Shown here: piece after piece, positions 6,805-13,750 of the stretch
Layout: each line of letters begins with the position of its first letter
Numbering within the stretch: the first letter of the stretch is position 1
NCBI GenBank assembly: GCA_045599485.1
Contig: JAZRWA010000101.1
Coordinates: forward strand, 1 to 16,190
DNA length: 16,190 nucleotides
Direction of reading: 5' to 3'
Source: Clostridia bacterium
Lineage (GTDB): Bacteria > Bacillota > Clostridia > Christensenellales > Aristaeellaceae
Translations under genes and position numbers: made by a program
Notes under the pieces: generated by a model
What the model was told of the DNA's origin: nothing
Databases searched by the model: none
Seen by the model: the letters and a program-made list of their open reading frames with translations, nothing else

Positions 6805-7044
6805 CTACAGCACAATGCCGTATTCATCGGGAATAAAACGGATGATGTCCAGGATATACGCCTGAAAATCCGGGTTCAGCGTTTCGCAGCCCTCCACACT
6901 GTAGGGGCTGATGATGTCGCTGTAATCGCGGACGCGGCAGGGAATGATCGCCTGATCGCCTTCCAGAAACGTATGCCGCACCATCTGATCCAGATTGGCC
7001 TTTTTATGCAAAAAAGCGCTGCGGTTTTGGGCTTTCCAGTTCAT
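6805..7044 (-). CDS. Small soluble hypothetical protein (79 aa) ending in the only TAG stop in the window
   Basis: ORF with a GAAAGG RBS about 9 nt upstream, 35 nt downstream of the amidohydrolase stop. Stop = TAG (complement of 6805-6807). The frame continues open into the 6466..6762 ORF. Confidence 0.55.
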   Translation of the reverse strand: MNWKAQNRSAFLHKKANLDQMVRHTFLEGDQAIIPCRVRDYSDIISPYSVEGCETLNPDFQAYILDIIRFIPDEYGIVL

Positions 7045-7079
7045 GATGTCGTGCCTTTCTGCCGTTATACGGTGCGTTT

Positions 7080-8705
7080 TTATGCCTGATAAACGGCCTG
7101 TCCGTCCACAATGGTGGCCACAAGCTTGGCCTTGGCAATGTCACGCACATCGGTATAGTGGATAAAGTCGCGGTCATACACCGAGGCGTTGGCCACCTTG
7201 CCGATGACCAGCGTGCCCAGATGATGCTCCTGACGGAAAAGATACGCCACGTTGGTGGTCATCGCCAGCAGGGCCCGCAGGGAGCTGATGCCTTCCTCCG
7301 CCACCATGGTGGAGCGCGGTCCCGCCTCGGGGTTCTGACGTTTCACGGCACAATACACAGACTTGGGCACATTCATTTCGGAGGACACAGGATAATCGGT
7401 ATGGAAGCAGATGTTGGCGCCGGCATCCTCAAAGGACTTGAGCGGGTAGCTGCTCCAGGCACGGTCCTCGCCGATATATTCGATCTCCTGCTTGAAATAC
7501 AGCGGGCTGATGGGCGCCCACAGGGGAGCCACCACAGCGCCCACATTGTAATCGCCGCAGCGCTTGATGTCCTCGGGACGGATCAGCTGCAGATGCGCCA
7601 GCGAGTTGCGGGCATTGAAGTTGCAGGTCTCCTCCTGTACCGCCTGATAGGCGTCCAGCATCAGCTTGGAAGCGCCGTCGCCGATGGAATGCGTATGCAC
7701 ACTGAAGCCCGCCTCGTTGGCGGAGCGCACCAGCGCGATCAGCTTGTCCACATCCTTCATATTGCACACGCCGCGGTAGCCGGGCTGGTCATCATAGGGC
7801 TCCAGCAGGTAGCCGGTATGTGCCTCCACCACGCCGTCCAGCACCATCTTCTGACCGGCGATATGGAAATATTCCGAATCGTATTTGGCGGCTTCCTCCC
7901 GGAGGATCTCGCCGATCCTTTCCGGAGCGGACGCGGCATAGGGCATGTTGATGGGGAAGGCAAAGGTACGCAGCTTCCACTTGCCCTCGGCCACCAGCTC
8001 GGCATAGGCGTCCAGGGAGCCGGGATACATATCCGCCAGCGCTTCGCCCACCGCGGTGATGCCCTGTGAAAAAGCAAACTGCTGCCAGCACAAAAGGCCT
8101 TCCTTCAGTTCCTCCTTGGTGATGGGGAAGGCGTTGCGCGGCACCGTGGTGCCCTGCTCGCAGACCACACCGCTGGGCTCGCCGTTCTCATCGGCATGGA
8201 CCTGCGCCTCGCCCAGCTCTTTCACCGTCTCGGCGGTATAATGGCAGGCCTTGAGCGCGGCGGTATTCAGCCACATGGAGTGACCGTCGATGGAGGTCAG
8301 CACCACCGGCACATCGGGAGCGACGGCATCCAGCATCTGACGGGTGGGCTCCTCATGCTTTTCCCAGCCCGCACCGCGGTAGCAGGCACGGCCGGGATGC
8401 TCTTCAATAAAACGGCGTACCATCTCCACGTATTCCGGCATGCTCTTGCCGGGAACCAGGTTGCATTCAAAAGCCAAACGCTGGCCGGCCATCAGGCCAT
8501 GGGTGTGGGCATCCATAAAGCCGGGATAGACCACATTCTCGCCATAATCCTGCACACAGGTGGTGTCATCCTTCATGGTCATGGCCACCTCGCGGCTGCC
8601 GATATAGGCGATCAGACCGTCCTTGACGGCCATGGCCTCCGCCGTGGGTCGGTCGGTATCCAGGGTCACGATCCTGCCCAAAATAATCTGATCTGCTTTC
8701 ATCAT
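7080..8705 (-). CDS. Metal-dependent amidohydrolase, Amidohydro_3 (YtcJ-like) family
   Basis: 541 aa. The N-terminal beta-sandwich (ILGRIVTLD...AMAVKDGLIAYIG) is followed by the PGFMDAHTH metal-binding HxH motif, later HTHSIGD and a C-terminal FHTDYPV. GAGAGGA RBS. Confidence 0.9.
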   Translation of the reverse strand: MMKADQIILGRIVTLDTDRPTAEAMAVKDGLIAYIGSREVAMTMKDDTTCVQDYGENVVYPGFMDAHTHGLMAGQRLAFECNLVPGKSMPEYVEMVRRFIEEHPGRACYRGAGWEKHEEPTRQMLDAVAPDVPVVLTSIDGHSMWLNTAALKACHYTAETVKELGEAQVHADENGEPSGVVCEQGTTVPRNAFPITKEELKEGLLCWQQFAFSQGITAVGEALADMYPGSLDAYAELVAEGKWKLRTFAFPINMPYAASAPERIGEILREEAAKYDSEYFHIAGQKMVLDGVVEAHTGYLLEPYDDQPGYRGVCNMKDVDKLIALVRSANEAGFSVHTHSIGDGASKLMLDAYQAVQEETCNFNARNSLAHLQLIRPEDIKRCGDYNVGAVVAPLWAPISPLYFKQEIEYIGEDRAWSSYPLKSFEDAGANICFHTDYPVSSEMNVPKSVYCAVKRQNPEAGPRSTMVAEEGISSLRALLAMTTNVAYLFRQEHHLGTLVIGKVANASVYDRDFIHYTDVRDIAKAKLVATIVDGQAVYQA

Positions 8706-8822
8706 GGTGATATCCTCTCATTTTTGGTTTCATTGACTGGATTTTGCTGCGCACGTTTGTTTTGCCGCACAATACGCAGTAACTTTTATGCTGCGTTCCG
8801 TCTGATACAGAACGCCAAGGAT

Positions 8823-8855
8823 AATATACCACAAAATGCGTACTGAAAGTGTACC
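8823..8855 (-). promoter_or_regulatory. Activator-type promoter, site C: GGTACACTTTCAGTACG + 10 nt + TATATT
   Basis: Minus-sense read 8855->8823: GGTACACTTTCAGTACG cattttgtgg TATATT (TGTGg matches the TRTGn -16 element). It lies about 118 nt upstream of the ATG at 8705, with an A-tract (GACAAAAAAAGAAAAA) immediately upstream. Confidence 0.6.
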
Positions 8856-8907
8856 GGGCAAAATTTTTCTTTTTTTGTCCTGATCCCCATCTGACTCCCG
8901 GAGCGTT

Positions 8908-8927
8908 CTTTGCTTGCACTTTGCTTG
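8908..8927 (+). repeat. Tandem direct repeat CTTTGCTTG x2 with 11-bp periodicity, overlapping the -35 of the plus-strand operon promoter
   Basis: CTTTGCTTG at 8908-8916 and 8919-8927, separated by CA. Confidence 0.7.
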
Positions 8928-8954
8928 ATTTTGTTCGGCAGGCTATGCTATAAT
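8925..8954 (+). promoter_or_regulatory. Sigma-A type promoter of the PLC-like/ThyX-like/MFS/comFC operon
   Basis: TTGATT (8925-8930), 18 nt, then TATGcTATAAT (TRTGn + TATAAT at 8949-8954). The ATG is 33 nt downstream, preceded by an AGGAGGG RBS. Confidence 0.65.
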
Positions 8955-8986
8955 ATCATGAATAATTATGGCAGGAGGGAAGCGGC

Positions 8987-9955
8987 ATGCCGGATATCCT
9001 GGCACACTACTGTCTGGGCGACCGCGTTTTGCGCGCGATGGCGCCGCAGCTGCAAAAAAACATCCACCGCGGGCTGTTCGATCTGGCCACGCTGGGCCCC
9101 GACCCCTGGTTCTCCTACCGTTTTTATCTGCCCTCCAGGCAGGAAGGCAAGCCCGCCCGCGGCGGGCAGATGCACAACAGAAAGACCGGTGCTTTTCTGA
9201 CCGTGCTGTGCCGTGAAGCACAGCAGAGCGCCGAAAAGGATCTGCTTTTTTCCTATCTTGCCGGTTTTTTGTGTCATTACGCGCTGGACAGTGCCGCCCA
9301 CCCCTACATCATTTACCGCACGGGGCACTATGACGGCACCGAGGCGACACGGATGTATCGCGGCAACCACACCTATCTGGAGCGCGCGCTGGACCTGCTG
9401 GTCATGAAAAAGGAAAACCTGCCCGCCCGTCCCATCCTGAAAAAGGTGTTGTATATGCGCCGTCTGCCGGACGGCGTCCGCGCCGGGCTGGACAGCGTTT
9501 TCAAGGCCGTCTACGGCTGGGAAAACGCCGCCGCCGATATGGACCGCTGCATCTTTTCACAAAGATTGTTTTATCTTCTGATGCAGGACCGCACCGGCCT
9601 GCTCGATCGTCTGCTGCGCCGTGTGGATAACGGCAAAAGCAAAAATGACCTGACCTCGCTGTGTTATTACGGCAAGGAACGTCCGCACATCGACGTTGCC
9701 AATGCGGCACACAATGAGTGGACACATCCCTGCGACGAGAACGAGGTCAGCCGTGACTCCTTCTTTGACCGCATGGATCAGGCTGCAGGGCAGGCGGAAA
9801 AATGGATCGCCGCGGCCGCCCGGTGCATCTACAACGGTGAAGCGATCACCGAAAACATGTTTGAAAACCGTTCCTACGAAACGGGCTTTGACTGCGAAGA
9901 CAGCCGGCATACACGGACGCTTTGCTGCAAGCCTTTCAACATCAAGGAGAAATAA
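8987..9955 (+). CDS. Zinc-dependent phospholipase C / P1-nuclease superfamily protein
   Basis: 322 aa. N-terminal MPDILAHYCLG, then LGPDPWF, QMHNRKTGAF and GFLCHYALDSAAHPYI, the His/Asp pattern of the cytoplasmic Zn_dep_PLPC-like family common in Firmicutes. No signal peptide. Confidence 0.75.
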   Translation: MPDILAHYCLGDRVLRAMAPQLQKNIHRGLFDLATLGPDPWFSYRFYLPSRQEGKPARGGQMHNRKTGAFLTVLCREAQQSAEKDLLFSYLAGFLCHYALDSAAHPYIIYRTGHYDGTEATRMYRGNHTYLERALDLLVMKKENLPARPILKKVLYMRRLPDGVRAGLDSVFKAVYGWENAAADMDRCIFSQRLFYLLMQDRTGLLDRLLRRVDNGKSKNDLTSLCYYGKERPHIDVANAAHNEWTHPCDENEVSRDSFFDRMDQAAGQAEKWIAAAARCIYNGEAITENMFENRSYETGFDCEDSRHTRTLCCKPFNIKEK

Positions 9956-10531
9956 ATGCAGATCGTAGATCATGTAAGTGTATTTGGCCTGGAGGAAAGC
10001 ATCCGCGGCGCCAAATTTCCCATGTCCGTGGATGTCGATAGCCTGAGCGGCGACCTCACCAAGGGCATTTCCAATCTGGCGACGGTACCCACCGGCACCG
10101 GTCACGATCAGTGGCTGACGGGTGTGATCGTGCAGTTTGACCTGACCTTTTCTAACAAAGCCTGGGTGGAAGCGGAGCGCTATCATTTTCTGGACTTTGT
10201 ATCCAGCCAGAGCACGATGCACCGCATCACGCGGCTTGACCCCGCGCGCCAGTGCAACGACTATGTGGACAGCCGCATCATCGACATCCTGCGGGAAAAG
10301 ATCGCCGTGTACAACGCCGATCAGACCCCCAAAAACTACCTGCACGTACTGTACAACATTCCCAGCGGCTTCAGACTGACGGCGCGCATGACCACCAATT
10401 ACCGCCAGCTGAAGACCATTTATCAGCAGCGCCGTACCCACCGTCTGCCCGAATGGCGGGAATTCTGCCGGTGGATCGAAACGCTGCCCGAAGCACAGCT
10501 GATTACAGGCGGCGCGGCAAGCGAAGCCTGA
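9956..10531 (+). CDS. Short ThyX (Thy1)-fold protein with a degenerate active-site motif; function unknown
   Basis: 191 aa. The ATG directly abuts the upstream TAA (TAAATG) and AAGGAG lies 6 nt upstream. By eye it is collinear with ThyX: GHDQWLTGVIVQFDL vs GHETPFEHIVFTFHV; AERYHFLDFVSSQS in place of the RHRxxS...SxRY motif; TTNYRQLKTIYQQRRTHRLPEWREF vs [25 protein letters not shown]. Confidence 0.5.
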   Translation: MQIVDHVSVFGLEESIRGAKFPMSVDVDSLSGDLTKGISNLATVPTGTGHDQWLTGVIVQFDLTFSNKAWVEAERYHFLDFVSSQSTMHRITRLDPARQCNDYVDSRIIDILREKIAVYNADQTPKNYLHVLYNIPSGFRLTARMTTNYRQLKTIYQQRRTHRLPEWREFCRWIETLPEAQLITGGAASEA

Positions 10532-10553
10532 TGATGAACGCGGAGGCATAAGT

Positions 10554-11858
10554 ATGAAAGGCAAAACCAAGCGTTTTTCCCGTGCGGAATGGTCCTGGAT
10601 CTTCTATGACTGGGCCAACTCCGTCTACGCCACCAACATCATGGCGGCGATCTTCCCCATCCTGTACAACAAGATCGCCGATCCCACCGGCAGTCAGCTG
10701 TACGGCTATGCCGTGTCGCTGGCCAACCTGGCGGTGGCGGCGCTGGCGCCCTTCCTCGGCTCCATTGCCGATTTCCGCGGCATGAAAAAAAAGCTGTGGT
10801 TTGGCTTTATGCTCATCGGCGCTGTCTTTACGGGTCTGATGGGTCTGGTAGGCAGCTGGCAATTGATGCTGGTGGGTCTGGTCATCAGCCGCATCGGCTT
10901 CTCGGGCTCCTGCCTGTTCTATGACAGCTTCCTGACCGATGTCACCACCGCCGACCGCATGGACAAGGTCAGCACCTGGGGCTACGCCATGGGCTACATC
11001 GGCGGCAGCACCATCCCCTTCCTCATCTCCATTGCCGTCATGCTGGTGATGGACATGAACGAGCTGTCCATGCGCCTTGCCGTGCTGATCGTGCCCGTTT
11101 GGTGGCTGGTGTTCTCCGTGCCCTTCATGAAGCACGTGCATCAGATCAGCTACGTCGATACGCCCCGCAAGGAGCTGATCGGCTCCGCGTGGAAGAATGT
11201 GTGGGTCACCGCCCGCCAGATCATCAAAAACAAGGCGGTCTTCTTCTTCCTGGCGGCATACTTCTTCTACATTGACGGCGTGGACACCATCATTTCCATG
11301 GCCACCAACTACGGCGATACGCTGGGACTGGGCACCATCGGCATGGTGCTGGCGCTGCTCGTCACGCAGATCGTGGCCATGCCCTGCTCCATCCTGTTTG
11401 GCAACTGGAGCCGCAAGCTGGGTGCTTTGAAGCTGATCACCGCGGCGGTCATGATGTATGCTTTCATCACCGTGGTGGGCTTTGCCATGGGCTTCACGGT
11501 GGACTTCCACGACATGCTGGGTCTGACCGCCGAAGCCGCGCTGACGATTGGCAATGTTCTGTTCTGGATCCTGGCGACGCTGGTAGGCACCGTGCAGGGC
11601 GGCATTCAGGCCCTGAGCCGCAGCTACTTCGGTCAGCTCATTCCGGCTGAACGCAGCGGCGAATACTATGGCTTTATGGATATCTTCGGCAAGTTTGCCT
11701 GCGTCATCGGCCCCGCGCTGTACGAGCTGGTGTACGGCCTGACGCAGAAGGCCTCCTTCGGCATTCTGTCGCTGATCCTGCTGTTTGTGCTGGGCGGCGT
11801 ATTCCTGCTCATCGGCAAGCCTTACTTCAAGGCTGTTGAGCACGAACGTGTCGGCTGA
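10554..11858 (+). CDS. MFS transporter, UMF1 / Atg22-like family
   Basis: 434 aa. The N-terminal signature WSWIFYDWANSVYATNI is typical of UMF1. About 12 TM helices. GGAGG RBS 7 nt upstream. Confidence 0.85.
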   Translation: MKGKTKRFSRAEWSWIFYDWANSVYATNIMAAIFPILYNKIADPTGSQLYGYAVSLANLAVAALAPFLGSIADFRGMKKKLWFGFMLIGAVFTGLMGLVGSWQLMLVGLVISRIGFSGSCLFYDSFLTDVTTADRMDKVSTWGYAMGYIGGSTIPFLISIAVMLVMDMNELSMRLAVLIVPVWWLVFSVPFMKHVHQISYVDTPRKELIGSAWKNVWVTARQIIKNKAVFFFLAAYFFYIDGVDTIISMATNYGDTLGLGTIGMVLALLVTQIVAMPCSILFGNWSRKLGALKLITAAVMMYAFITVVGFAMGFTVDFHDMLGLTAEAALTIGNVLFWILATLVGTVQGGIQALSRSYFGQLIPAERSGEYYGFMDIFGKFACVIGPALYELVYGLTQKASFGILSLILLFVLGGVFLLIGKPYFKAVEHERVG

Positions 11859-12571
11859 TGCTCCGTCAGATCCTTCAGGCGGTGGATGCCGCGCTGCTTC
11901 CGCACGCGGCCAACTGTCTGGTATGCGAAGATCCCCGCCGCGCGGATGATAAATATTGTCTGTGTCCCGACTGCCGGGCGCAGCTGCTGAAGCTGCGCCT
12001 GACGGAAGGCCTGTGCCCCCGGTGCATGACGCCCATGAACGGACGCGGTGAATGCCGCTACTGCAAAACAGGCGGCATGGAAGGGCTGCGGGCGGGATAC
12101 GGTGCCTATGTGTACGCGCCTCCCGCCAACACGCTGGTCAAAGCGTTGAAATTCGGTTATACCGATGAGGCGGCGGAGGCGCTGTGCGCTTTTCTGCCGA
12201 TGGTCTTTCCCGCACAGGAATATGACGCGCTGGTGCCCGTGCCGCTGCATCCGGCCCGCGAGCGCCTTCGCGGCGTCAATCAGGCGGAGCTTTTGTGCCG
12301 TCTGACTGCCCCCCGGGTGGGTCTGCCCGTGCTGCCGCTGCTGCGCCGGGTACGCAATACCCGCCCGCAGGCGCGCATGGATGCAGCACACCGGGCCGGC
12401 AACCTGCGCGGCGCCTTCGCGGCGGACCCCACCGCCGAGGGGCTGCGTCTATTACTGGTCGATGATGTCCGCACCACCGGAGCCACGGCACGCGCCTGTG
12501 CCGATGTTCTGACCGCCGCCGGGGCCAGATACGTTTCCATTCTCACCCCCTGCATTGCCGTTAAACCGTAA
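11858..12571 (+). CDS. comFC: ComF family protein (ComFC-type phosphoribosyltransferase-fold with N-terminal zinc finger)
   Basis: 237 aa. There are four CxxC pairs (CLVC, CPDC, CPRC, CRYC) and then the PRTase loop LLLVDDVRTTGAT. The start overlaps the MFS stop (TGATG), suggesting translational coupling. Confidence 0.8.
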   Translation: MLRQILQAVDAALLPHAANCLVCEDPRRADDKYCLCPDCRAQLLKLRLTEGLCPRCMTPMNGRGECRYCKTGGMEGLRAGYGAYVYAPPANTLVKALKFGYTDEAAEALCAFLPMVFPAQEYDALVPVPLHPARERLRGVNQAELLCRLTAPRVGLPVLPLLRRVRNTRPQARMDAAHRAGNLRGAFAADPTAEGLRLLLVDDVRTTGATARACADVLTAAGARYVSILTPCIAVKP

Positions 12572-12606
12572 ATTTACATTTTTGCTCCTGCTGCCGCCGG
12601 GCAGCC

Positions 12607-12617
12607 TGTGCTATAAT
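12607..12617 (+). promoter_or_regulatory. Extended -10 promoter (TGTGcTATAAT) for the 12652-14221 operon
   Basis: A TRTGnTATAAT match with no good -35 at 17-18 nt. The 19 nt GGCAGCCTGTGCTATAATA (12600-12618) are 17/19 identical to 8937-8955 in the other plus-strand promoter. Confidence 0.5.
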
Positions 12618-12651
12618 AAATAAAAAGCAACGTTAAGAAAGGATCTCACCT

Positions 12652-13737
12652 ATGAGCGAGGATCGCCGGAGATATTCCGATTCGCCGATGGCGCAGTTTA
12701 AAAATTACCGCAGAAGGGATGGCAGCTACCACGAAGCGGACGAACGCCGTCCCCGCCGCAGCCCCGGCCGCCGCAGTCAGCATCTGCTGCAGCTGATGTT
12801 TACGGCCGTGCTGCCGCTGCTGTTTATCGTCAGCCTGATCCTGGGCTATACCGAGCCGAATCTGGTGTTTCTGGCCCTGTCGCTGATCTGCCTGCTTTGG
12901 ATGTGGGCGGCTCAGGCGTTTGTCCCCCAGGCCCGCCCCACCATCACGCTGCTCTATATCGCCATGATGATCGTATCGGCGGCCTCGGTGCTGTGGTTCA
13001 CCACGCCGCTGATCAAGCCGGCGGCGGTACAGAATCCTGCCGACAGCACTGCGTCCTCCTCGCTGTTCAGTCGCGATGTGACGGCCAGCGATGTCAGCGC
13101 TCTGGCAGCCGCCAACCCCACCAGCAATGTGGCGCGTCCCACCGCTACGCCGGACAGCAAATCCGAGGCGCAGGGCCGTCTGGAAATGTTCATGGCCGCC
13201 TGGATGAATCAGGATGAAGAGATGATGCTGGCTTACTGCACGCCCGCCTGGAAAAACAGCCAGGCCGACCCGCTGCACGCCATCTTTACCATCCGCGGCA
13301 TCAGCGTCCCCATCGATTACACCATCCTCAACGTCGCCGGCGATGAATCCTACGACAGCCGCACCATCACCATGCGTGCCGAGATCGACAAGGGCACGGG
13401 CTCCTCGCCGGTCACCTATCAGTACGATGTGCTGATGATCCGTGTCAACGGCGTATGGTATATCGATCCCAACTCGCTCTCCTCCCATACCGAAATCAAG
13501 GTGACCCCGGTGCCGACGCCCGTGTACACGCTGATCCCCACGGCAACGCCCGACCCCAATCAGACCTTGTACTATAATCCCGACGGCGGCACCCAGTACC
13601 ATGCCAGCAACGAGTGCAGCAAGGTCAGCACCAAGTACAGGCCACTAAAGGGCAGCTTCAAGTATTCCGAGCTGAACGACGCCGCCTATCGTCAGCTGCT
13701 GCCCTGCACCTCCTGCAACGCGCCAAACCGTCAGTAA
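12652..13737 (+). CDS. Membrane-anchored hypothetical protein: basic cytoplasmic N-terminus, ~3 TM helices, NTF2-like-looking extracytoplasmic domain, Pro/Thr linker, C-terminal Cys-containing module
   Basis: 361 aa. The Arg-rich N-terminus is followed by the helices LMFTAVLPLLFIVSLILG, LVFLALSLICLLWMWAA and LLYIAMMIVSAASVLWF. The C-terminus reads YYNPDGGTQYHASNECSKV...LPCTSCNAP, resembling the YY-x-x-G-x-YH-x-x-x-C...C-x-x-C module seen at the ends of many clostridial surface proteins. Confidence 0.75.
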   Translation: MSEDRRRYSDSPMAQFKNYRRRDGSYHEADERRPRRSPGRRSQHLLQLMFTAVLPLLFIVSLILGYTEPNLVFLALSLICLLWMWAAQAFVPQARPTITLLYIAMMIVSAASVLWFTTPLIKPAAVQNPADSTASSSLFSRDVTASDVSALAAANPTSNVARPTATPDSKSEAQGRLEMFMAAWMNQDEEMMLAYCTPAWKNSQADPLHAIFTIRGISVPIDYTILNVAGDESYDSRTITMRAEIDKGTGSSPVTYQYDVLMIRVNGVWYIDPNSLSSHTEIKVTPVPTPVYTLIPTATPDPNQTLYYNPDGGTQYHASNECSKVSTKYRPLKGSFKYSELNDAAYRQLLPCTSCNAPNRQ

Positions 13738-13750
13738 GGGGAGCCGCACG

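Noticed and set aside
6805-6807. TAG decoded as pyrrolysine, or a reassigned genetic code
   Set aside because: There are no pylSBCD genes or methylamine methyltransferase context in the window. There is no evidence of TAG inside any other gene, and the other genes use standard TAA/TGA stops. The TAG is kept only as a read-through/pseudogene question.
7158-8069. 303-aa plus-strand ORF (similar case: 8196..8846)
   Set aside because: It is antisense to the amidohydrolase gene, with a shadow-ORF composition rich in His/Gly/Ala/Arg.
8937-8948. Sigma-54 type -24/-12 promoter (GG...GC) in GGCAGGCTATGC and the twin at 12600-12611
   Set aside because: The GG-to-GC spacing is 2 nt shorter than the invariant sigma-54 spacing, the TGGCAC/TTGCA context is missing, and a perfect TATAAT follows immediately.
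9557-10570. 337-aa ORF on the minus strand spanning two plus-strand genes
   Set aside because: It is a shadow ORF crossing the PLC-like/ThyX-like gene boundary. The product has no recognisable domain and no RBS, and the sense-strand genes have good RBSs and motifs.
10503-11843. 446-aa ORF on the minus strand
   Set aside because: It is antisense to the UMF1 transporter gene. The translation is low-complexity and rich in Gly/Asp/His/Gln/Arg (HHQHDGNGDEEGDGAAADV...), typical of shadow ORFs in GC-rich DNA. It has no RBS, whereas the plus-strand product has clear family signatures.
12590-12605. Hairpin GCTGCC-GCCG-GGCAGC after comFC as a terminator
   Set aside because: The stem is only 6 bp and no U-tract follows on either strand. 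It overlaps the next promoter region, so it is not called.
12646-13602. 318-aa ORF on the minus strand
   Set aside because: It is antisense to the membrane-anchored protein gene. The product is rich in Gly/Arg/Asp/His and looks non-protein-like.
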